The notes under the pieces were generated by a model. The model was not told the DNA's origin. It did no database searches and saw only the letters and a program-made list of their open reading frames with translations. From a virus (lineage: Duplodnaviria; Caudoviricetes): 64,000 nt of DNA. Within the stretch, counting starts at the first letter, position 1. Each line of letters begins with the position of its first letter. Made by a program: the position numbers and the translations under genes. Where the stretch lies: positions 12,964-76,963 of the IMG/VR virus record IMGVR_UViG_3300037424_001593, one strand, 5' to 3'. This document shows, one piece after another, positions 8,754 to 17,433 of the stretch.

Positions 8754-9617
8754 TCACCGAAGCACCACGATCCCGAGCACCGCAGCGACCGCGACGCCCC
8801 CAGCAACGTACATCCACGTCTTCGACGGCTCCGCAGCTGCAGGCGCTGCAGGACCCGCAGACGGCATATCGCCCGGAGGCGTCGTCACCGATGCGCTGTT
8901 CGTCGTCGCGCCTACGCGCTGCGTCTGCTGAATCGACTGCGTGAGCCCCGACGCGACGTTGCGCCAATCCATCGCAGTCTGACTCGCGGTGCCGACAGTC
9001 CCTGTGCGCGCTTCGGTACGCGCGTCGCAGATGTTCGTGTACAGCGACGTGAGAATGTTCGTCGTCGCGCCCGCGATCTGCAGGTTCTGTCGCGTATCCA
9101 CAGTGAGACCCTGTGAACCGACGACACCACCGCTCGTGGTCGTGGTCTCGCTGCGGAAACCGCCGCTCCCGAGCGTAGTGAGAGTGCCCCCAATCGCCCC
9201 GAGGATGCCCTGCGCAGCTTGCGCGCCCGTAGATGTGCATGCGCGCCCGTCGCCGCCGAGACCACGAAAGCCCGAGCGTGAGAGCCCTGTGCGCGCACCA
9301 TGAGCTGCAGCGAGCGACGCAATGCTCGCACCAACACGCGACGGCGCATCGTCGGCGAAACCGCTCGAAGGACGATAGACGCGCGCGCTCGGATCGACAC
9401 GACCCTCGAAGAGCACGCCAGGTACGGTCTGCGGCGGAGGCGTCGGCACGTTCTGCCGGCGCAGATCAGTCATCCGCATGTGCGCGGCGTTCGCTACGTT
9501 GCGCACAGCCATCGGCATGCGCCCAGCCGCACCATTGTCTTCGAAGAACGCACGCGGGGGACCGGGACGCGATACCGTGATCGAGAGGTCCGGAGCTCGA
9601 GACTTCATGACATGCAT
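8754..9617 (-). CDS. Virion protein with C-terminal TM anchor
   Basis: FRGLGG motif; ends WMYVAGGVAVAAVLGIVVLR. Confidence 0.65.
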   Translation of the reverse strand: MHVMKSRAPDLSITVSRPGPPRAFFEDNGAAGRMPMAVRNVANAAHMRMTDLRRQNVPTPPPQTVPGVLFEGRVDPSARVYRPSSGFADDAPSRVGASIASLAAAHGARTGLSRSGFRGLGGDGRACTSTGAQAAQGILGAIGGTLTTLGSGGFRSETTTTSGGVVGSQGLTVDTRQNLQIAGATTNILTSLYTNICDARTEARTGTVGTASQTAMDWRNVASGLTQSIQQTQRVGATTNSASVTTPPGDMPSAGPAAPAAAEPSKTWMYVAGGVAVAAVLGIVVLR

Positions 9618-9621
9618 CAGG

Positions 9622-10014
9622 TCACCGTTTCGCGGGCTTGCCGAAGCCCTGATAGAACGCGACGCCCGTCGTGATGATCGGGAAGAACGCCGCAGAGAGT
9701 CCCCAAAGCGCGCCGTAGCCGACGCTCTTTCGGTTGCGCTTGTACCCGTGGTACGCGCTTGCACCGAGGCACACGAGCCCAAGCCCGAGGCGCGCATACC
9801 CGAGTGGCGTAATCGTCATCTCGCCGAGCCCGCTGAAGCCCGCCATGCGGCTCGCGACCGCAGCCGGCGTGTGCTGATTCCACGCCTCGGTCGGTTGATC
9901 CGGCTGACCGATAGCACCCCACACAGGCGCGACGTTGTTCTGTGGGAGGCGCGGGCTCACGATCGGACGCGGGCGCCAATCCCATTGCACATCTGGCTGC
10001 AGACTGTTGTTCAT
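9622..10014 (-). CDS. Small multi-TM virion membrane protein
   Basis: FSGLGE then two hydrophobic segments flanking AYHGYKRNRK. Confidence 0.7.
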   Translation of the reverse strand: MNNSLQPDVQWDWRPRPIVSPRLPQNNVAPVWGAIGQPDQPTEAWNQHTPAAVASRMAGFSGLGEMTITPLGYARLGLGLVCLGASAYHGYKRNRKSVGYGALWGLSAAFFPIITTGVAFYQGFGKPAKR

Positions 10015-10020
10015 GACCCC

Positions 10021-10638
10021 TCAGCGCCCGTGAAAGTAGCGACGTTGCGCGTCTTGCATCTGCGCGACCTCACGCATCGCACGCCCGGAATCGACAGCCT
10101 TGTAGCTCGCGGCTTCCTGCTCCATGCGGCGCACAGCCGTACCGTACGCCTCGAGAGGCGCGCTGATGGGCTGCCGAAGCGGGCGGACACGCGGGGTCGC
10201 GACCTGCTCGGGCGGATAGTCCACAGCGGGCTGGCTCATCGCATTCGAGCCACCCTTCACTGCAGCCATTTCATACGTCTGTTGCACGCCGCCCGGAACG
10301 TTGGTCTGCCGGATCTCGCGGAGCCCCGAGCCGCTCTGGCGCATCGCCGAGGCGTAACCCATGGCTGACGCTGTCGCGGGGGTGCGTTCACCGCGTGCGA
10401 TGCCGCCTGGACCACGCTTGTGCATCTCGAGCGCCATCCCTTGAGGAAGGATCATCGCAGGCTGAAAATCCTGCGTCGTCGCGTTTGAACGAAACTGCTC
10501 GACGGCACCCGCGAACCGACGCGGATCACGCGTCGTGAGCGAGGTGCGGAGCAGGTCCACCGGCAACCGCTGGATCGCTTGCGGAGGGGTGAAAGCGCTA
10601 CCGAAGTGACCGCGGGGGTTGAAAACCGGATAGGGCAT
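10021..10638 (-). CDS. Hypothetical late protein (start MPYPVFNPRGHFG)
   Basis: ATG 8 nt downstream of late motif. Confidence 0.6.
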   Translation of the reverse strand: MPYPVFNPRGHFGSAFTPPQAIQRLPVDLLRTSLTTRDPRRFAGAVEQFRSNATTQDFQPAMILPQGMALEMHKRGPGGIARGERTPATASAMGYASAMRQSGSGLREIRQTNVPGGVQQTYEMAAVKGGSNAMSQPAVDYPPEQVATPRVRPLRQPISAPLEAYGTAVRRMEQEAASYKAVDSGRAMREVAQMQDAQRRYFHGR

Positions 10639-10646
10639 CGCCTCTA

Positions 10647-10657
10647 TCTTATACCCC
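10647..10657 (-). promoter_or_regulatory. Putative late promoter GGGGTATAAGA
   Basis: Exact motif copy. Confidence 0.7.
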
Positions 10658-10778
10658 GGCGAGAAAATGCCTTGCGGCCGGGGCTGCGCCCCGGTTACCG
10701 TTCGGGTGTTCGATCTTCGGATCGTGCACACCCAACTGGAACAGGGCGAGGAGGGCAAACCCACCCCGCCTTTTCCTT

Positions 10779-11412
10779 TTAGAACGACCCTGACCTTAGC
10801 CGTTGTGCGATCGCTGCGTCGCGCTTCCCCGTTCGCCGCTTGTTCCGGTGCACCTCTAAAACCGCCTCTATAACCTCGCGACCACGGCGCTCGTACGCTC
10901 GCTGCACGCGGGCAACAATCGCAGAGTGCTCCTCGTCGGTAACCTCATGCCAAATCCGCTCGAGCGTTGCCCGCCCAGCAAGGATCTCATTGACGAGGTG
11001 CAGCACACGCTGGGTCACACGTCCTCCTTCGTAGCCTCACCGGCTGTGAGCTCCGCCGCCCGCTCCTCGCACAAATGCACGCGTGCTGCGCGAAGGTCCC
11101 GCAGACACGCCTTTGCAGTGTGCTCAGCATCGAGCTCCAGATCGAAGAGCTCTTTGGTCGTGCCGCAGATGATACATTTCGCTTCGCTCATGCTTCTCTC
11201 CAGTCGAGCTGCTCGACAGCGTTCAAAAACGCCATCCAGGCGTCGAGCTCGTCGTAGCCTTCCACAACGAGCTCTGTGTCGATGATCGCAATCTCGCAGA
11301 GGATGCCATCTTTCGGTCCGTGACGAAACTGCACGTCGAACCCGGGCACCATCATGCGGCGCACCTCGACAGCGACTTCCTCGAGCGACTCCATGCTCCG
11401 GATGCTCTCCAT
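10779..11412 (-). CDS. Three small overlapping hypothetical ORFs (10779..11018, 11015..11191, 11188..11412)
   Basis: 4-nt stop/start overlaps; middle ORF has CxxC. Confidence 0.55.
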
Positions 11413-11567
11413 TCGCGCGTAAGAAGTCAACGGATCTAGACCCCTGAAAAGGCAAAGGCCCCAGGGAGATTGCTCTCTCGTGGGGTCCTCTGTGGGTTCG
11501 TCCTAAGACGCATACCGCTTTGGTGGATCCCAAGGCTACCCCAGCGGGGCGCAGCCCCGCAAGAGCC

Positions 11568-11607
11568 AAAAAGACAAAGCCCTCGCACGGTTTAGACGTG
11601 CGAGGGC
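11568..11607 (-). terminator. Intrinsic terminator
   Basis: Perfect 11-bp stem GCCCTCGCACG/CGTGCGAGGGC followed on minus strand by TTTGTCTTTTT. Confidence 0.75.
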
Positions 11608-11639
11608 GTAGTGCTTTTTGTGGTTTGAACAGAGCGGAC

Positions 11640-11891
11640 TTACTCGAACGTCGCTCGACTGCGGAAAGCGTAGTACCGCGGTCTTGTTTCCTTATAGGAC
11701 AGGCGGGCGAGCTCCCGCGTAGCGTCGCGCATGCTGCATCGTCTGTGCAGACCCTGCGCCGTTTCTCTGACGACCCTTTGTCTCGCTTCTTCGAGAGGCG
11801 CTTCCGCAGTGCGCCACTTCCAGCAGAGCCAGAAGCAGCACACCAGGAAGAGGAGCCAGAGCACACGTTGAGCATCGAGCAGACTGCTCAA
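11640..11891 (-). CDS. Small membrane protein
   Basis: N-terminal hydrophobic LWLLFLVCCFWLCW. Confidence 0.45.
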   Translation of the reverse strand: MSSLLDAQRVLWLLFLVCCFWLCWKWRTAEAPLEEARQRVVRETAQGLHRRCSMRDATRELARLSYKETRPRYYAFRSRATFE

Positions 11892-11903
11892 CGTGTCAAG
11901 GCA

Positions 11904-13046
11904 TCACGGGCGCAGCGCCATGTCGAGCGGATGCGGCTCGATCTGAAGCATCGTGAAGTCGATGTTCCACGCCGTGGTCACGCCCGTGTTCACAACGGTA
12001 ACGCCGACCGTGTCGAGTGCCGTAGCCGCCCATGAGCTCGCATACGGTCCGCTCGAGACCATGTCCACCGAAACGGACTCGGTGACGCCTGCGACAGGGC
12101 CACTGCCGTCGAAATGCACGCTGACGACAGGTGTCGCGCCTGCGACAGGCGACGTGAACACCCAGGTGATCTCGAACGTTGCGCCACCGGTGCGCGCATC
12201 GAGCACGCCGACAGCATTCGCGGCGAATCCAGGCGTGAAGAGCCCGGGGACACCCGCACCACCTTCGTCCGGGTCGAGGTTGGTGAACGCAGCCTGGTTG
12301 CTGTCGTTCTGTGCAGCGATGCCGAGGATGCGCGTGCCCGCAGCATTGCTAATGCACAGGCCGAGCAGGTTGCGTCCTGCGTTCGTGACGTCCGAGAACG
12401 TCGCGAGGCAGCGCGCGCGGATCACGAATCGATTCGTCGTCGGTATCGTGAAGTCGTTGATGGCGAAGAACACGCCGCCGACATCGAGCTCGGTCGATGC
12501 GAATCGAAGCGCACCACCGCTTACGCTGCGCGTGAGTCCCGCGATGTTCGCGCCGACGTCCATGTCGATCGCAGCGTCGAACTGCGTGACATCCGCGCCG
12601 TTCCAGCGCCACAGCACGTTTCCACCCGGCGCCCATTGCGCGCCGTCGTAGATGAGCGAATCACCGAGTGCAGGCGCAGCTGCGCTGACAGTAACACCTT
12701 GAATCGTCGTCGCATCACCACCGCCTGCACCGCTGTAGATGGCGGGGAGCGGCGTGATGGCGCTGAAGACCGTGGGATAGGCGATCCCGCGGCGAGCACA
12801 GGCGTCGATGAGCTCAGCGTCGGTATACGCGAGCGGACAGAGCACACCGTTGTGCCCGAGCGATTCCCACTGTTGGATGATCTGCGCGATCGTAACCGCG
12901 TCGGACGTGTTGATCGCGAGCTCGACAGGCTGATCTGTCGAGGTGAGACCGTAAATGTGCGCATACGGATCGACTGCACCGGGCTGAAGCGTGCCCGTGA
13001 ACGAGACAATCCATCCGCCACGCCATTCATACGCTGTTGTAGGCAT
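11904..13046 (-). CDS. Putative spike/receptor-binding protein (380 aa)
   Basis: About 100-aa N-terminus paralogous to 37711..38349; fibre-type motif IQGVTV...P..GDSLIYDGAQWAP; beta-rich distal domain. Confidence 0.6.
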   Translation of the reverse strand: MPTTAYEWRGGWIVSFTGTLQPGAVDPYAHIYGLTSTDQPVELAINTSDAVTIAQIIQQWESLGHNGVLCPLAYTDAELIDACARRGIAYPTVFSAITPLPAIYSGAGGGDATTIQGVTVSAAAPALGDSLIYDGAQWAPGGNVLWRWNGADVTQFDAAIDMDVGANIAGLTRSVSGGALRFASTELDVGGVFFAINDFTIPTTNRFVIRARCLATFSDVTNAGRNLLGLCISNAAGTRILGIAAQNDSNQAAFTNLDPDEGGAGVPGLFTPGFAANAVGVLDARTGGATFEITWVFTSPVAGATPVVSVHFDGSGPVAGVTESVSVDMVSSGPYASSWAATALDTVGVTVVNTGVTTAWNIDFTMLQIEPHPLDMALRP

Positions 13047-13085
13047 TTTTCTGCTTTTCCTTTTCTTCTTACGTTGCCGGCACCA

Positions 13086-13652
13086 TCACATCGCGAAGTC
13101 GCGGTACTGCTTCGACCCCGCGTACTCCCAACCGGGAGTAGAGCCTTTGACCGTCGGATCAAGCGCAACGAGTGGACCCCCGCGACGTCCACGCGAGACC
13201 ATCGTGTAAACGTGTTGCCAGACTTCATTGTCTGTGCTGATCACTCGCGCGAGCGTATTCGAGAAGCCAAGCGCCTTCAGTAAAGAGCACAGAACGATCG
13301 TGCTGTCGTCGCAATCGCCGAGGCCATAGAACAATGTTCTACGCACAGTGCAAAACAGATCGTAGTCGGGAGGATCGTGTTCGTACTCGACGTTGAGCAC
13401 GCAGAAATTCCACACCGTGTTGATCACGCAGGTATCATTCGTGATGTTCGTACACGGCGCACAGCGGTGAACTTTACCCCACGCAGTGACGCGGTCACGT
13501 CCTGTGAAGAGCCCTCGCGCGAGCTTGTGTGTTTCCGGATCTGCGAGTGATTTTTGGACCTGTCGGCGGATCAACCCGACGTGGTCGTCGAGGTTGTTGG
13601 TCTCCCAGATACGTGCACCGGGGTCGTTCAAATCGATGGCGCGCTTGGACAT
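13086..13652 (-). CDS. Transglutaminase-like cysteine protease/peptidase
   Basis: GDCDD (Cys), WQHVY (His), ALDPT (Asp) in the order of the transglutaminase-like superfamily triad. Confidence 0.8.
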   Translation of the reverse strand: MSKRAIDLNDPGARIWETNNLDDHVGLIRRQVQKSLADPETHKLARGLFTGRDRVTAWGKVHRCAPCTNITNDTCVINTVWNFCVLNVEYEHDPPDYDLFCTVRRTLFYGLGDCDDSTIVLCSLLKALGFSNTLARVISTDNEVWQHVYTMVSRGRRGGPLVALDPTVKGSTPGWEYAGSKQYRDFAM

Positions 13653-13660
13653 GTCTCATT

Positions 13661-13671
13661 TCTTATACCTC
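13661..13671 (-). promoter_or_regulatory. Putative late promoter GAGGTATAAGA
   Basis: 8 nt upstream of ATG 13652. Confidence 0.7.
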
Positions 13672-13805
13672 GGCAAATACGCGGCATACGCGCCGTGGAT
13701 GTCTTGACGGCCAGAGACATGAGGGACTAGCCTCGCGATCATGCGAGTGCCTGCACGTTGCGCAACGGGAGTATGCGCGCGAATCCTTGTCCTCGCGGAG
13801 CGTGC

Positions 13806-15122
13806 ATGAGTGAGTTCGTCCCGTACGCCGAAGGTCCGTTGAGCTGGATCCCCGGTGATGTCCAAGCTGCATTCCCGCAATCGGGACCAATCCACCGCTA
13901 CATGCACTGGGCCACGCAGTGCACAGATACGCCGCCGCTGTTTCACCTCGGTGCCATGCTCCCGACGTTCGCGACACGCCTTGCGTGGACAGGCGTGCGT
14001 TTGCACAACGACCACCCGTTGCGTCTTTGGTGTCTTCTCGTCGCGGGCGCTGGTTTCGGTAAGAGCACGCCGCTCAAAATGGCTCAGCGCTTCGTCGTCG
14101 ATCACCTCGAGCAGACGAAAGATACGCCCCACGAGCAACCGCTCGTTCGCTTCGAAGGCACGGCGCAGGGGCTCTTCTCGGTTTTGCAGGGCACATACAT
14201 TCCAGAGCTCGAGCAAGAGATCGCGCTCGTGCACACCGACGAGGCGGCACCGATCCTCACGCAACGCTATCAAGACAGCGCGGGGAAGTTCTTCTGCCAA
14301 CTCTACGACGGCGAGCGCATGGAACGGCAGGTACTGCACCTTCAGCGCGCAGTCGCGAAGGGGGAATCGAAGAAGCCGGTACTGCACCGCCCTACGATTT
14401 CCGCAGCTTTTGCGTGCACGCTCGACGAGTTCGAGACCACGGCGTCGAAAAACGTGGTCGGAAACGGACTTTTATCGCGTTTCCTCTCGTTTCACGCCAT
14501 GCCGACGAAGTTGATGTATCGACAACTCGCACATGAATCAGGACGTACAGCGGTTTTGGATGCGTGGAACGAGTGGTTTGGTGGGCTGCGCGGAACATTG
14601 CTTTTAGACCCTAAAACACAGCTTGTGAGCTCTGTCGGCGCAGAAAACATGCTTCAAACACGTGTTTTTGACCCGCTCGCTGCGCGTTTTGCCAAAAATC
14701 CGAGCGATGCGCTCTTCGCAATCGCACGTCGTGGCATGGCGCACATCAACATAGTCGCTGGCCTATATGCCTTGAATCGTTTGAGTTTCGAGATCTCTGC
14801 GACCGATATGCTCCAAGCCATCGAACTCTTCGAGCACACGCTCACGTTCAATCGTGAGCTTGTTCCGCGTATGGGTAAGGGTGAGGCATTCCAGCGCCAC
14901 GACGCCCTCTTGCAGGCTGCGAAGGCTGGTGGTGCTAGTGGGGTAGCCAAGAGCGACTTCTACCGCCTTCTGAAGGGTGTCTCGAAGCCGGAACTGGACA
15001 TGCTGCTGGACACCCTCGTTGACTCTGAAGAGCTTGTGCTGGAAACCGTTCGCGGTGGGCGGGGTAGACCCTCACAACGGTTCTATTTACCTGAACATCA
15101 ACCCAGTAAAACAGCCAACTGA
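13806..15122 (+). CDS. DUF3987/YfjI-like replicative helicase (no primase domain seen), C-terminal winged helix
   Basis: PPLFH..A.L motif, Walker A AGAGFGKS, Walker B VHTDEA, GLLSRF, C-terminal GRGRP...FY. Confidence 0.75.
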   Translation: MSEFVPYAEGPLSWIPGDVQAAFPQSGPIHRYMHWATQCTDTPPLFHLGAMLPTFATRLAWTGVRLHNDHPLRLWCLLVAGAGFGKSTPLKMAQRFVVDHLEQTKDTPHEQPLVRFEGTAQGLFSVLQGTYIPELEQEIALVHTDEAAPILTQRYQDSAGKFFCQLYDGERMERQVLHLQRAVAKGESKKPVLHRPTISAAFACTLDEFETTASKNVVGNGLLSRFLSFHAMPTKLMYRQLAHESGRTAVLDAWNEWFGGLRGTLLLDPKTQLVSSVGAENMLQTRVFDPLAARFAKNPSDALFAIARRGMAHINIVAGLYALNRLSFEISATDMLQAIELFEHTLTFNRELVPRMGKGEAFQRHDALLQAAKAGGASGVAKSDFYRLLKGVSKPELDMLLDTLVDSEELVLETVRGGRGRPSQRFYLPEHQPSKTAN

Positions 15123-15600
15123 CCCCCTTTAGTTCTTATGTACAAGGCCCAAAAACGGGCCTTTTTCTTTTTATTTCGCGTAGTTATTTACTTTCTTCTG
15201 GTTTTGGGGAGGGGGTGCCTCGTGGGGGTGTATACGTGCGCTCACCGTTCGGGGAGGGGGTGTTACACGCGCAAACACGGGTTCGCGGCTTGGGTCGAAT
15301 GTGGTGGGTTGTAATAAAAGAAAAAATAGAAATAACTCTCTACATATACATAGACTACCTTCCCTACGCGGCGATTCGTGTTTGACTTTTCCTCTAAAAA
15401 CAAGACCCAGTAAGGAAATAATGACGCTGTGGCGTGTATTTTTATGACATCAATGCAACCGTGTTTGTGTACTGGTACGTGTAAGTGTTTTGGGGGCGAA
15501 TGTACGCGCCGCGCCGCAGCGTGACTACAGGGGTCAAGGGGGTGATCGCGAGCCGTGCGCGGGCGCGTGTGCGAGCGCGCGTACGCGTGAGAGCATGTGC
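15123..15600. other. AT-rich non-coding region, candidate replication origin
   Basis: Strong AT enrichment relative to the genome, duplicated GGGGAGGGGGTG (15206, 15251), adjacent to helicase. Confidence 0.55.
15144..15172 (+). terminator. Intrinsic terminator after helicase
   Basis: AAGGCCC-AAAAAC-GGGCCTT followed by T run. Confidence 0.7.
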
Positions 15601-16056
15601 CATGCCAACGTGCTGCAACGTTGACAAAAGTGACAACCTTACCGGTCGCCGTTGTAAAGTTTTGCCGACAAGGTCAGCACTTGACGTATTACCTTTTGCT
15701 GCGGTACGGTCATACCGTCGCATGATGATCGTCTCCACTACGCGCGTGGGTGCCGGAGCCAGTCGTTCCCGTGAGGAGCGCGTGACATGTTCGTGCTGTG
15801 GTCGCTCTCGAGCGGGGCATACGAACGAGGTCGCTGCGCTGTTACCGTACATCCGCTCGAGCCTACGCACACGGGCTGCTAAAAATGCGGGCGCTCATGG
15901 GCGACCCGGCTCTGGCCGTCCGGTGTGCGGCGCACGTTCCGGCATCCTCTCGCGGCGTGGAGAAAATACGCAACATACGTCGTAGTTATACGGTGTACAC
16001 CTGGTCTGCGTATGGCACGTGGTCAGGTCAATCTCAGGTTTTTCGGGGTACCAACC

Positions 16057-16437
16057 ATGCTCTACGTGTACGTCTTGACCGCTCTGTCTCTGTTGTGTTT
16101 GGCGCTCATTGTGTGGCTTACGCACAAATCGACGAAGCGTGCACTACCTGTGGTGCGAAACCGCACGTGTGCGACGTGTGTGCATTTCGACAAAGAGCGC
16201 ATGCAGGCGGAGTTCGCGCGACAGCCGGCGTTCATGCAAGCTGCGCGCGTGCTCTCCCCTGCAGAGATGCTCTATCCAAAGGCGCTCGATGAAAACGGGA
16301 ATGCCACAGGGCAACTCGCTGCACCGAAGGAAGCGCTGCGCATGAAGTGGAATGATTTCGGCGTTTGTGATGAGCACGACGAAGGACGTTTCCACAGTGA
16401 TACATGCGATAAACACACTGCACGCGAGGCCGTGTGA
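16057..16437 (+). CDS. Membrane-anchored Cys-motif protein
   Basis: N-terminal TM; CATCVHF...FGVC...TC. Confidence 0.65.
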   Translation: MLYVYVLTALSLLCLALIVWLTHKSTKRALPVVRNRTCATCVHFDKERMQAEFARQPAFMQAARVLSPAEMLYPKALDENGNATGQLAAPKEALRMKWNDFGVCDEHDEGRFHSDTCDKHTAREAV

Positions 16438-16769
16438 TGGCGCTGAAGACCTACGACCATATCGACGATCGTGAAGAGGCGCCGAAGATCCACACGTCCT
16501 CGAGCGGCGCGGGTCTCCCGAAAGACATCCTCGCGGGCAAGGTCTGCGGCGACTGCAAGTACTTCTCCTTGCGCGAGGGTCAACGCCTGATGGAGGCGCA
16601 GCGTTTCATGAAGGTCCTCGTGCGCGAGCACGGCTGGAACCCGAAGCACCTCGGCGCTGTGCCTGAAGCGCTCGGAGACTGCGGCGCGTATCGTAGCGGC
16701 GGCGCGACCGACGACACGATGATCACGCCGCCGTTCGCGGTGGCCTGCACGCAATACAAGGGGAAGTGA
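16437..16769 (+). CDS. Cys-motif protein, paralog of 16057..16437
   Basis: CGDCKYF...LGDC...AC. Confidence 0.65.
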   Translation: MALKTYDHIDDREEAPKIHTSSSGAGLPKDILAGKVCGDCKYFSLREGQRLMEAQRFMKVLVREHGWNPKHLGAVPEALGDCGAYRSGGATDDTMITPPFAVACTQYKGK

Positions 16770-16774
16770 GGCCC

Positions 16775-17094
16775 ATGAAATGGCAATGGCTCAGCGTGGT
16801 CACGATGGCGCTCTCGCTCGGTGCAGATCGCTGCGGGCTTACGCGTACGACCGACTTCCTCGACAAGATCACCGGCGTGCTCGTATGGCTCGAGAGGCGC
16901 GCACGATGAATCTCCTCGAAGCCATCGGTGTTCTTCGGGACAACGCGGAGCTCATGCAACAGCACGCACGCCTCGCGCTCGAATCCAAAGCGTCAGAGCA
17001 GCGCGCAAAGCACCGCGAGCTCGCGAAGATTGCCGTGCACGAATGTGCGCGCATCACCGCAGAAATCACGAACGTGATCGGGGTGTGGCCGTGA
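16775..17094 (+). CDS. Two small hypothetical ORFs (16775..16909, 16906..17094)
   Basis: ATGA overlaps; second is helical/coiled. Confidence 0.5.
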
Positions 17095-17432
17095 ACGAGC
17101 TCGACATCAACGGCTGGATCCTCTGGATCATCCTGACCCTTGGGTCCACAGTGTTCGTCACACGGAGCATGTGGATGCGCTTGTTCCGCGTGACGGTACT
17201 CATCAAGCTACGCACACCCGCAGCGTACTGCGGGGGCTGCGTGGGTTTCTGGTTCGGTCTGGTAACCGCACGTTGGTTTCCGCTCGAATACACACCTTAC
17301 GATCTACCCTACGTAATCAGCGCCCTTGCGGGTATGCTTCTCGGCTATGCCTTCGGCGGCGCTACAGACTACGAAGGCGCGCTTGTGAGCGTTGAAAAGC
17401 TGCGCGAGCTCGATCAAGAAGCAGGCAAGTAG
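17091..17432 (+). CDS. Small membrane protein with CxxC-GFW motif (DUF1360-like)
   Basis: Three hydrophobic segments; YCGGCVGFWFG. Confidence 0.55.
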   Translation: MNELDINGWILWIILTLGSTVFVTRSMWMRLFRVTVLIKLRTPAAYCGGCVGFWFGLVTARWFPLEYTPYDLPYVISALAGMLLGYAFGGATDYEGALVSVEKLRELDQEAGK

Positions 17433-17433
17433 C

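Noticed and set aside
8722-9240. N-terminal extension of the 910-aa ORF
   Set aside because: Overlaps the 8754..9617 gene in another frame and has shadow-like Arg/His composition; a start near 8721 is more plausible.
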